Of a DNA stretch of 64,000 nucleotides, positions 12,252-25,200 are shown piece by piece (within the stretch, counting starts at the first letter, position 1; each line of letters begins with the position of its first letter). The DNA lies in assembly GCF_006345805.1 (NCBI RefSeq), contig NC_042998.1, positions 172,236,001-172,300,000 of the forward strand, written 5' to 3'. The notes below the pieces were generated by a model. It did not search any database and had not been told where the DNA came from. It saw nothing but the letters and a program-made list of their open reading frames with translations. The position numbers were made by a program, and so were the translations under genes. The DNA is from Octopus sinensis (Eukaryota).

Positions 12252-12628
12252 GAGCATGGCTGTATGGCTTTAGAAGTTTACTTTCCAGCCATATGATTTT
12301 GTGTTCAGTCTCCTTGCATGATGCATTGAGCAAGTTTCTTCTATAGCCCAAGGCCAACCAAAGTGGATTTGGTAGAGGGAACTTGAAATCTCTTTGCGTG
12401 TGTGTGTGTATTTATATATCTTTGTCTTCACATCCTGTGATAGTTGTAAATGAGCATCATCTTCATAAAAGTAAGATCCTTAATTCCCAGCCTTATGTGA
12501 AAACATCTCCTACTACGGGGAAATACCCCTTGTTTGGAAACAGGTGAGGGTTAGCAACAGGAAGAGCATCCAGCCATAGAAAATCTGCCTTAACATATTC
12601 TGTCAGATCCATGGTAGCATGGAAAAGT
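12252..12628 (+). mobile_element. tRNA-derived SINE carrying an RTE-derived 3' tail
   Basis: Head shared with 21995; ends caggaagagcatccagccatagaaaatctgcc...agcatggaaaagtgttaaa, matching the RTE 3' end. Confidence 0.75.
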
Positions 12629-13499
12629 GTTAAAATGTCACATATAATGGCTAGAAACATTCAGTACATTTGAGTGAATAAGAATGCCTGTTTAGATGGG
12701 AGATGCAAGAGGTGAGAAATGTAGATTTCACCCTATACAACATATCGTCTACTTTCAAGATATAAGATGCAAGTGCCAGAAAGTACAGTTAAAATTTCTG
12801 GATATTTTTATATGATGAAAAAAAAATAAGTTGCACATCACACTAGAAAGAATTCTAAGTGTATGCAAGGAAATATAAAAAAAAAAAAGTCTCTAAGTTT
12901 GACCTTACCTTAATGTTACTTCCATGTAAGTTTTTAACCAAAAGAATATTTTGGCAGGAAGCCTAGTTTGTTCAGCAGTGAAAAGATTGGTATCATGATG
13001 TCTTGTTAGAATCTGGTCATTTTGGTGTGACGACACTTAATCAAATTGAGGTAGGCTGTAGTTATATAGTAAAGCATATTTGGCAGGAAGAATATCCCCA
13101 CATTATATAACCGTGTTCCTAGCTGATGTCACAGCACACTTGATGTTTTTTGCCATGAGTACCAGTTGGCATAAAAATAAGGTTATTGTCTTGTGTTTAT
13201 TGAATAACAACCTTATCTTGTGATTGCCACAAGAAAAATACAACTTGATGGTCCACTCCGAAACATGTGGAAGAATCGGTTCTAATACTAGTTAACATCT
13301 TTATCCTGAACACCTTGTTATGCGTCTACTATCCAAGTAGCAGTGAATACATCCAGTTTTTAGTCCAACTTTGAAGTTGTCTTTGCTTTGTTCAAATCAA
13401 TATTTGAAGAGAAAATTATTACATTTTCTTTCACATTCATTAGGTATTTGTTCTAACTTATGGCTTTATCTGCTCTGCTTGTTACCTTTTAATAGTTTG

Positions 13500-15620
13500 T
13501 CCTTGTTTTGGAAGCCCAATCATTTAGAAATAGATTTTTGTTTAGATCTTCTATATCTTGTTCTTGTAGTTTGATGCTGTTCAACATTTATCATCTGTTG
13601 GAATTTCTGGTTCAAACTTCATAGCATTCTCTTTGTAAGTAGATACTCTTTAAGTATCATTACACCAGTTTTGTAGGGTAAGTTCATCTTCTGAAGAACT
13701 TTCATGTGCTTCAGGATAGTATACTAAACAGGATGGATGCACTCTTATAAGTGTGCCTCCTTGTTTGATGAGCACTTATTTATACTTCTGTTCTATGAGA
13801 ATTTCTGGTCTAAGCCATCTATTACACTTATATCTTTGATAGACAACCATATTTTTGTAAAGTTAGGACAAGTGCCCTGCTAATTTGGTTTTTGAAGTGT
13901 ATGTCTTTCTTTGTAAGATTCACACTCTATGAGTGCTTTTCTAGCAATATGCACAGCATTCAAATGACTTGTTACAATGGGAAAACTATCAAAAGTAGGA
14001 AGTTTGTTATTTAGAAAGGAAAATAGGTTGAAATTCCTAAAAGCTTGTTGATTTGAACTAAAACCATGAACACTGAAGGGCATTTTTGTTACTTATGACC
14101 TTTTAATGTGACACCCTGTCTTCATTTGTTTCACTTTCTCCCTGAATGTCACTTTGTTCATTCAGCTGCATATTACATTGAAATGGCTTTAAAACCTTTG
14201 GAGCAACTAGGGAACTCAGTCAAGCCAGACAGTCCTTCTTTGGTGCTATGTGCTTAGACCCTGATCAATAACTAATCCTTCCTCTCATCACCAGTTTGAC
14301 TACTTCGCACTTATTTGCAAATATTTTTGCTTTGCTAGCTTTATTCAAATTATTCTCACTCTAATCAAAATTCAGCAAGTTTCCTGAGATCCTGCAATCA
14401 TTATTTAACAAATGATTCATCAAATAGAGGCAAATTCTCTCATATGTTCTAATATGTTTGACCATTACTTGTTTTTCTAAACCATTAACTTAACCAGGAC
14501 CTGTCTATCTTTCAGTCATATTTCTTTTGTGTTACACATGGTCCCCATTGTGATATCTGGTGTTTTGAAGCTCTTCTAGTCTTTTCAAAAGACTCACTTT
14601 TGAAGTAGGTTTTCCTAGAGCATTCGTTCAAATTGTCCATGAGTCTGAGTTGTAGAGATTCCATGCAAAGCCAGTGGCTGATTAAGCAACGTGTATGCTA
14701 GACTTGAATTTTTTTACAAACCTAACTGGTTAGATGTATGTCCATAAGAATTATGTAAAGTTCCTAACTTAGAACAGTTTCAAGAAGTTTACAATCTGTG
14801 TGTCTCAGAATTCACAGTGATGTTTAATCATATAATTACCTGAGGGTTTTACACTGTATTAGTTCTGACAATCACATTTAGATCTTAGTTGTCAAACATT
14901 TTCTTATTGTCAGTTAGAAAATTCTTAGACGAACCAAAGTATGATGAAAACCAGTGTTTAAAAAGTTGCACTTGGGATTACATATGATACATCTCTTGTC
15001 AAGAATCTTCACAGCCACACTGCATTTGGTTGCATAATTTATCAGATGAAAGATTTTATGTCCATGAATTTTCTTTAGGTCCATAACTGCAGTCTCATTG
15101 GAAACAGTTGTCAATGAGAAACCCACGACTGGAATCTGCTACTGTTTTCTTCTTAATCTTAATGTTCTTTGAATATTGTCATTGACTTATTTTCAGTCAT
15201 GAACATGAGTTGCATAGTCATTACTTTGAATGTCAAACCACTTACTGTTTCTCATTCTCTGCTGTCATATTTGCTCTTTGGAAAGCTCTAAATGCAAGTA
15301 CATGTTCAAGAAACAATATTTTTGAATGTTTTCAGTTGTGCAATTATTTTGTCAAATTCAATCAAATAGTCTGCTTTTGAGTTATCTGATAGTCAAATAT
15401 GGTTAAAACCTGAATATTGTTTGAGCTTTAGATAACTCACCTAATTTGTCATAGTTTTGTATGGTCATTAAAAATTTTTCTGGATCCATTTTCAAGTGCC
15501 TTCTTTGGCATTGCTTGTCATGGACCGAAATAATGTAACTACCAATTTCTTCTCAACATTGTATGCTGCATCCCAGTACATCATCTCTTTCCCATGTTCT
15601 TTATTTTGTAGGCACTAAAG
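13500..15620 (-). mobile_element. Rearranged, degenerate Ty1/copia-like LTR retrotransposon (gag, integrase, RT pieces)
   Basis: gag-like ADYLIEFDKIIAQLKTF..HVLAFRAFQRANMTAENEK (~15200-15400); integrase GFSLTTVSNETAVMDLKKIHGHKIFHLINYATKCS (14914-15126); SHLNAVHIARKALIECES (13880-14083); integrase C-terminal motif seen twice (~14425-14555 and ~13725-13860). Confidence 0.7.
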
Positions 15621-16007
15621 GCAAAGGGTTAATGTTTCTTGTCATTTTGTTAGCTATGTTCTACTATTAATGTTAAACACAGAAAATATATTCTCAATTT
15701 ACTATGTAACTATATAAAATTTTCAGCAAACAGTTTTGTTATAATGTCACCGGAAACTTACCCAAAACGCAATTTGTTTAATGTATGTCTTGTAATGTTT
15801 GTTCTACACCAGAGCAACTTGTCTCAACAGAATATGGCTGCCACCAAAATGTAAGCAATACTCAAAAACAGAATGATCTCTTTCTCAAACATAATGTACA
15901 GTAATCTAACACCATACAGAAAAATAAAACAAAATAACAAGAAATATATAAATGTGCATGTATGTGCTTATTAATATTAAATGCTTTTAATTTTTTTCTA
16001 ATTTCAG

Positions 16008-16138
16008 GCATGTATTGATGACAAAATTGACATGGTGAAGTTTCTTGTTGATAATGGTGCTGATGTTGATGTCTGTGATAATGAAGGTTGGACACCTCTT
16101 CATGCTACAGCTTCATGTGGCTTTACTGACATAGCACA
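16008..16138 (+). CDS. PPP1R12A: MYPT exon 2 (131 nt, phase 0 to 2), ankyrin repeats
   Basis: tttttttctaatttcAG|GCATGT...GCACA|GTaagt; ACIDD...GWTPLHATASCG. Confidence 0.96.
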
Positions 16139-19100
16139 GTAAGTTGCTTTATTTACATCACTGAAGTAAATTGAAGTTTACATTGAGTTTTAGTTGCTGA
16201 ACTACAGTCATATACAACAACCTTTTCCAAATTTACTACAGTCAAAGGATTGTCTCTTGATTAAATGTTCATTGTGCATGCTTAAATCAGTCCAACTTAA
16301 AATAAATGCTGTTTCCATCATTTCACAGTTTGTTGGTAATGAGGAAATATCTAAACTTTACAAACCTATGTATGGTTATGTGGTTAACTTGGCTTTAGAA
16401 CCATTTGGTTATGGATTCAGTCTCACTGTGAGACATTTTGGGGCAGTGTCCTCTATAGTCTTGGGCTTACTTAAGTCTTGTAATTGAATTTGGTAGATGA
16501 AACTGTCATGTGTGTACATGTCTCTTTGCCTTGACATATGCTTACAGTAAGCAAACATCATCATACAAGTTGTATCACTTGCAATCTCTTGTGAAAACAT
16601 GGCCAGCCTTTATGCTATGTTTATATTGGAAGGACTAAAGAAGATATTGACTTGCTTGGAAACAAGTAAGAGTTGTCAACAGGAAGGGTATCTGGTTATA
16701 GAATTTTATCTGATCAATGCAAGCATGAAAAAAGCTAACATTAAAATGATTGAATTCTACCAATGGTTGTGTGGACATAAAATGGGTAGAAAGAATAAGA
16801 GAAAATCATTTCCCTCCTTCATATATGTTTCAGCATGTTGCTAAACTTAGCATATATCAGAGCCTATCAGAGTAGATTATCTCATTGATTTTACTTATAC
16901 TTTGTCTCGATGCTTTATAGTGAACTGCAGTTTGGTTTCATTTGTGCTTTTCTTTTCATTGTTCTTTCTTATTTGTCCATTAATAACTAACCAGTTGATC
17001 AACATGTTGGAGCATGAGTTTCTTTGTGGTATTGATTCGTATAAGTTTGTCAATATTTTGTTATTTCTTTTGGTTTTTCATATTGTTGTCTTTTTTTTTA
17101 TCAATATTTTTCCTTCAATAATGCTTTAAGCAAATTTATATAATTGTTAACACGTAAATATTTTACTGGTTTAAATCATGAGATGTATATGTTTTTTTTT
17201 TTTTAAATAAATAAATCAAATTGTCATTTTTCTTTTTATAAGTATCAAGGTCATGAGATTAACATCAATCTACTGCTTTGCTAATGAAAGATTAATGGTG
17301 TCACACATACACTGCAATGTTACATAATAGAAGAGAACTGACATAAAATGTAACCATATATAGCATTGGTTATTTATTTGAGAGTAGCACAGTTATAGGT
17401 AAATGTAAAACAATCAGAATATACTGACCACCTGCATATCTAAATTGTCTTGTTATATGGTCTTGATTACTAACGGCAATGTCTTATTTGCTGCTGTTAG
17501 TTTTTATTTCTAGCAGGAATTCTTAGACATATTCTTGGAAATCATTATTAAGATGATGTCTGGAACATTTTAAAGGGTTCCTATACACAAAATTATAAAT
17601 ATGTAGTGAAAAGGGATCTTGATATTGTATATCCTCTAATTGTTAGACTAATTGAACGTGGTATTAAATGAATGGTTTTTATTTTGGACTTGAATCCTCT
17701 TTGAACAAAGGCAACATTTTTTAATTAAGTTAGGTTTGTTTATTGACAAATACTGAAAAAGTTTTTAAAATAATTTAAAATGGACTTCTTTACCTCTTAG
17801 AGAAAATGCCAAAATTGTCTTTTATTTTAAAGCCAGTTTTGAATTCAAGTAAAAAAAAAACCCTTTTTTTTTAAACTTTTTTTGAAAATTGCTAGATATG
17901 GCAAAGTGTTGTAGAGTGTCAGTTAAAAATGTCAGTGGTTCAAGCAGAGTGCTGTATTGACAAACTAGATTGAACCACCTAGCTGTGGCTTGTATTGCAC
18001 TGTTTTCAGGAGTAGTTATGTTGGTTTGTCATGATTCAGTTCAGGTAATCTTTGGATAAGGTCATGGGAGACTACATTTGATTGACTTTTTTCATTTATT
18101 AGATCTAGTATCTAGTTTTGGTTACAAGCTGCTTATAATGATTGGTTGGTGTACAACTCTAAAAAGACATCACCCACTCAGCATGAGCTGACTGTATTAT
18201 TCAACTTAAAGGAAATCTGTGATAACTTGTTTTTATAAACAGTATTTGTCATATCATCCTCATTTGCCAAAAGCGAAAGTATGACTATTTTGGTTCAGCT
18301 TTTATAGTGACTAAGAATACATTCATGTTGCAGAAATTGGGGAAATGAAACTAAATAATTAAGGTTGGGAAAGCAGTTCCAGAGAGATGTAGATTAATTC
18401 TTTTGTTACTATATTTGTAATGAAACGCACTGCCTATTTATTTCATTACAATATCCTTTCATTTGAAATTAAGAATTTTGAGGGCTTTATAATAAAGTAA
18501 CTGATTTCATCATTATTAAGATAATGTCTGGAACATTTTAAAGGGTTCCTATATGCAAAATTATAATGGACAGTTGTAATTTAAATGTTTTAAAACAGTT
18601 GGTTTGTATTAAAAAATCAGAGGTCAGTTGAGTTTCAGAAGTGTTTATGAAGAATTTATAGATATACTTGATGGCAGCATTTATACATCTTAGTAAAACC
18701 ACTGGAGGATGCATAATTAATCCTCTTTTTCATCATAATACATTCCTCATCTTGCCTTTATATAACCTATGCCTGCAATGTTTCAGTTATTCTTAAAATC
18801 AGTTGTGATAGCCAAAGAGAGGACTTAACTCATACATAAAACCAAAGTACTAAACCTCTTTAAATCACGAAAAATTATAATATAAACTTGGGAAATTTTC
18901 AATTGACTAGATTTGTTGCTTGTGATTTTGATATTCCTTACATGCCTTTCACCTGTTATAGGTTCAGTGTATAAGTACTATTTTGTTTTATATAAAATCC
19001 TAAGTCCCAGTATTTATGAATGAATGGCATCTGTGTATTACTAATGTGAATAAGGTAATAAGCTCTCATTTTTCTTAATCCTCAAATTTGCAATTTCTGA

Positions 19101-22100
19101 CTGTTTATTCCGATCATACACAAGAATGAAATAAAACTTTCAGCAGTTATGTGAGGAAACTGACAATTTATATTTCTGTTTAACTATTTTGAAAGCTTAT
19201 CTTCATTATTTCATATTTCTTGGGTGATGCTATGACATTTTTATTCGATTGTTTAGTCAGAGAGGGAAGGATTGCATTTATTACAATTTGTTGTTTTTGA
19301 GGATCTTTGAGACAGGTTAGCAGGAGAAATTTATCCTCAAACTGAAAACCAGGTTGGAATGCTTGCAGTAGATTAAACTCTACTAAAGGCATCCAATGAG
19401 CAAATGGTGGTGTTAAACAAATGATGGATTAACACTTATCCAAGAACTCAGAACACAGTGTTGGAAAAAAATGCTGCAAAACATCTTGTCTGACACTAAC
19501 AATTCTTTCAGTTCACTGCCCTTGACTGGTATTTCATTTTATTGATTTCAAAAGTACGAAAGACAAAGTTGATCGCAGTGGGATTCAAACTCAGAGTATA
19601 GAGAATCAGAGAAGAAACAACAAAGGCATTTTGTTCCATGTTACAGTAGTAGTTATGATACTGTACAAATCAACCTTACATTTGTAATTTAATTAAACTG
19701 TGTTGTAATTGGTATATTCTGATTGCCTCCAGTTATATATTTCTCTATGCTGCTCAATATTCAGTTTTCTTATTTCTACAGCCATTCATTACTATTGAAG
19801 AGGAGTTTTTATTTCATTTCTCTTGCTCTGATAAGATGGATAATTTTAGCAAGCTTTACAGTCTGTCCTGTGTGTGTGTGTCTACATGCAAACTAGGATA
19901 TCATACATCTTGCCTCTTTTTAACAGAGCAGGTGACTACCTCTTCTGCTCACCCTATTATTTGAACATCTGTCTCATATAACTTACAACTCTTATCAATA
20001 AAATATGCTAATGACTGATGTTAGTGTTAAGTTACATTATAATTTTATCAATTTCTAATTGTTTAACTGAAAGAAAGTTTGAAAATGTTGAAATCTTAGT
20101 TTTTATGTGATTATCAAATTGAAAAAAACTATTATTACAAGATGTATGCAGATGCATTTAATAAATTGAACTTCAAGTGAGACGAAAATAGTTTTTGTGA
20201 ATAGTATGAATTTTTTCCAAGATAGCATAATTGCAATTACATGAATGCGTTATCCTGCTAATACTAGTAAGGAATAGTTAAAAGAATGTCCAACCATTGT
20301 CTTGTACCTCAAGATATAATGATAAAGCTGTAAGAAATTTGAACTGAAGAGAATGTGCCCCTTGGTTTACAAAACCCTTCAATGTATTGCCTCTGATATG
20401 CAATAAGACCTTAAATATTTCAAATAGTTTTTATTATAAAAATACAGTAGGACTTTTATTATGTTCATTGAATGGCTATAGAGGTCCAGTGAAGTAAAAT
20501 AGTAATCTAAGGGGTCCATCGGTAAAAAAAAAAAATGCTGAGAACCACTGCTTTAAATGAAATAGTTGGCCATCTGATAATTGACTAGTCTATGTTAGTA
20601 TTGGTATTATTGTTACATGGTTGTCCCTGATTGAATAGATCTACCTTTGATAAAACATGTCTTGTCTTCCTTGAAAATGTGTGACCCTAACACTACATCA
20701 GAAATAAATTTTATAGTAGGCAAAGTTTTGGGTTTTCCAGATTTTGAACTTTAATGGGTTAACCATCCTTTACACTATAGAAATCATATATATACACTCA
20801 AAACTTCATTACCTTTAACTGCAGAAAGCAGTTTTATATACCAATCAATCATTTTTGTAATATATCAAGCTTGGAATAACATGACTTGTAGAAAATACTT
20901 CCTATTTTTTTAATAGATATTTAACATCATTATTGGAATAACGATAGAATTTAGTTTTGCAGTCAAAGAGTTAACATGTATTTTAATCATTAGTTGGCAC
21001 AGCTCTTTTTGTTGTCTTTTATGGTACCTCAAGGGAAGTATTAGGAATGGTGGGGATATGGTTTAAAATTTTTGTGTATCATCATCTCAAATGTTTTTAA
21101 AACTGATTATCTGAAAGTCAGATATTGTCAGTTCTAACAAGAATGTCCATGCATCTGTATTCTTGATATGCATGCTTGATTTAAATTGAACAAAAAGCTG
21201 GTAATTAACTTGAACTATTGCTAAAGTTGTAACAATGTTATAAAGCAAATTTTAGTTGATATTTCATCATCATCATCATCATTTAACATCCGCTTTCCAT
21301 GCTAGCATGGGTTGGACGGTTCAACTGGGGTTTGGGGAGCCCGAAGGCTGCACCAGGCCAGTCAGATCTGGCAGTGTTTCTACAGCTGGATGCCCTTCCT
21401 AACGCCAACCTCTCTGAGAGTGTAGTGGGTGATTTTATGTGCCACCGACACAGGTGCTAGACGAGGCTGGCGAACGGCCACGCTCGGATGGTGTTTTTTA
21501 TGTGCCACCGACACAGGTGCCAGACGGGTTCAAGAAATTCCTTTCAAACAAGGTAGTTCATTTTCTTTTCTTTTTCAAATGAAAATTTCAGTTTCTGCTT
21601 TTGATGTTGTTGACCATGTATTCTGACCACTGACAAGTTTAGTTTTATACTGTCTAGATTCTGGTAATTGACTACAGTAGAGATGGGTAGTTATTTTTGG
21701 TCAGAGCATGAGGGTTGGTGTTTGCCTTCATTTTTTATTGATGGGCAAACTGGCAGAGTCAAGATGTTTTTTTTTGTTTTTGTTTTTTTTACCCCTTAGT
21801 TCAATTCCCACTGGGATCAACTTTGCATTTCATCTTTTGAGGGTTAATAAAAGAAAGTACTGGGGTTATTAAAGAGGCATATGCCAGCATGTGGTTGTTT
21901 CAGCTCTCTCAGAGTATATGGTGGGTTTTTTTCCCTCCTTCATTGTCTAGGGTGAGTGAGAGAAATAATGATTTTAGGATGCTGTTGTGTTCAGGGCTGG
22001 AGTGGCTGTGTGGTAAGTAGCTTGCTTACCAACCACATGGTTCCGAGTTCAGTCCCACTGCATGGCATCTTGGGCAAGTGTCTTCTGCTATAGCCCCGGG

Positions 22101-22161
22101 CCGACCAATGCCTTGTGAGTGGATTTGGTAGACGGAAACTGAAAGAAGCCTGTCGTATATA

Positions 22162-22212
<51 letters not shown>

Positions 22213-25200
22213 TTGTGTGTTTGTCCCCTTAGCATTGCTTGACAACCAATGCTGGTGTGTTTACATCCCCGTCACTTAGCAGTTCGGCAAAAGAGACCGA
22301 TAGAATAAGTACTGGGCTTAAAAAGAATAAGTCCCGGGGTCGATTTGCTCGACTAAAGGCGGTGCTCCAGCATGGCCGCAGTCAAATGACTGAAACATGT
22401 AAAAGAGTATATATATATATATATATATAACTGGATGTTTGAGGTAATTTTTTTATGTTGTAGTATGGATTTTTAGGGTTGAAGTTAGATGTATCAACAA
22501 ATGAAGCATCTTCCATCTGCAGGTGGTCTTTCGCCCCTTTTTTTTTCTTTTCCATTTTTGTTTTTGTGTATGTAATCTATGGGCATGGTGTTATATAGTG
22601 ACTACATCATTTTGTGTTCCCTCTAGTATAGGGTTGATGCACAGGAATTAGTAAGGCTCTGGTAGAGCTGACATAATCTTTGATTAATATACCGTTTGTA
22701 CATAGTATTCTTGTTGTTTCCTACTGTTGGCTAAATGTGGTACCAATGAGTGTTCTCAGTATGTTTGTGCATTATTTTACTTCATTTACTGTTTTCACAT
22801 CAGTTATGGTGTTGTATGTAACCCTTAAGATTTTCTGTCTTCTGTGTCTGGGGTATGTTTGTTTTCTCATGCCGCTAGTAAGAAAAAGGGATACAGTGAA
22901 TTCTAGTAGATGCTATTTTGTTGTTTGAAGCTGCAGGTTTCTATGGTTCAAATAGTTATATAACTGTGTCTAGTGAGTAGTAGGGAGATGTATCATGTTA
23001 TCTGCATATGAGGTGTGTATATATTTTGGGGAAGGTGTGGGAAAACCATGTAAAGAGATAAAGACTGAAAGAGTTGGCGAGAAATGCAGATTTTTGTGGA
23101 AGTGCTAGTTGAGTGTTTTTGTACAATACATAGGCTCTGTGACCTAGCCAGCATTTTGTTTCTTTAACGGTTCAGCATTCAAGGTTTATGAATATAATTC
23201 CCACAATATTCAATATTTCTTTAAGTTTTTGTTAGATGATTGTTAGGGAATTTTGCTGCTAATTTTAGCAGACCATGTTATTGTGGAGAGGCACTTTGTT
23301 GGCTCATCTTTCTGTGTCCATACTCTTAACAAGATGTTAATTTATCAATGTCTGTTGTGAATGTCTATTAAGTAGTTATTTCATTTACCTATTAACTTTG
23401 GCTACACTTGTCCTACTCCACAAAAGATGAAAAAATCATCTCTGTATAATAATGGCTGATATAAATATTGGTTGCTTTGTTAGTTGATTCCTCTAGTCAT
23501 CCTTTACATCGTATAGAAAGTAAAAAAGAAGAAAGAAAGAAAGGAAAAATACAGTGAGAGTTAACATCAGGTTGAGGGTAGATAAAAGGTTTGGTGATAT
23601 GCAAGGAGTAGAGGAATGCTACACTCACACACACACACACATACACACAATGAACTGAAGAAGAGGAGAGGTAGTAAATGAGAGTAATTAGGGAGGAGTT
23701 ATTCAAATGAGAAACTTGTTTTAATTTGAAGATAAGTATTTTTATTTGGAAAATTAGTATTCATTTAAGTACCAGGAAATTTGATAAATGTTAAATTACA
23801 ATTATCATATATCAGTCATAATTCCTGATACCACCCACAGTAGAAAAAATATATCTCTCAAGTTACATTTTGTCAAGATGTTGCTGATAGTTAGCTAATG
23901 AATACAGATTTATTGAAATCAGCTATCCTCTTATTTGATAGGTATTCTTTTAGAGAAGATGCAGAATTGGTTAGATGTTCATTCAACCTTTGTTTGTGAA
24001 TTGCTTGTAAAAATGTAGGGTTGCTTTCAAACCTTGATGTGGTCTATTTTAATCTTGTTTTAGTAGATTTCATTCATAGGATTTGCCTCACAGATTTGAA
24101 TCCTATTAGTTGTATCTTTCTTATTAGAAAATGTACTATATTGTCAAATTAGTGATTAATTTTTTAAAAACTGAGTTGTCTTTAAAGTTTTAGTGTTTTA
24201 CTGTAATACTAACTGGCATTATTATTATTATATTACTGCACAATGCAATTGTACCATCCTGTTATTATTAATACTTATATAATGCCAGTTTTACAGTAAG
24301 TGAATAGTATGAAACAATAATACATCAGGCATTCATTGTTATCAGGTTTTTGCTCTTTTGTATACCATTATTGCACACCAAAATAAAAGCATTAGCAATT
24401 GCACCCGTAATTGTTTTCAAACTCATTTAGTCAACATTGTCTTTTAAAATACGAGATTGAAACAGTTATTTAGCCATAATGTATGCTTTTGAAGCATTAT
24501 CTCCTAATTGAATTAGAATCAATTCATGTATTTAAGCAGTTTGTAATTACAGTCTACAAAATGTAGCATTCTTACAGCTCACTGTTTTCACACTCATCAC
24601 CTTGAAATAATCTGAAATGTGTAATTTGTCTAAAGTGAATATATTTGTCTTAGAACAATATATATTTTGCCAAATTTTCTGAGATATTTTAAGACTTTTC
24701 AGAGATGATATAAAAATATATTTCTATGATAAACATAATATTTGAATAAACTATATTAATGTATTTCTGTGCTATACACAGAAACCACAGAAACATACAA
24801 GTACTGTTTATGCATATGAAATAGTTTCAATAGATTTTCTGGAACAAAATTTAAGTGTCAACATTTCCCACCCAACAGTCATAGAATAATATTGCTGTTA
24901 AGTACTTTTGAAAGATTAATGCTATTAAATATTTTGATAAAATCTTTTTCCCAGATTGCTTGGCATGCATTACATAACCAAAACTAATAGTTTGCTCTCT
25001 GTTGTAGGCTTCACGTAAAGCTATTTTCTACTTTATCTGTTGGCTGTGATTCTTAATTTAACCTGTTGAGCACTTATGCATGGTCTACAACATAAAATCT
25101 CTTATCACATCTCTAATAAATTTCAGTAATTTTTTTATATTCACTAATATCTTTGCAAAAGTACTTCTGGTTTCTTTCAAACTCAACTAGGCTTTAGATC

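Noticed and set aside
13240-13285. Second hammerhead (cttgatgg..cc-gaaac-atgt-gga)
   Set aside because: Core is not CUGANGA, the triplet is GGA, and stems I/II are absent; at best a relic.
21995-22075. tRNA gene
   Set aside because: A and B boxes only; continues into SINE core and tail with no acceptor-stem closure. The same applies at 8091, 12252 and 47060.
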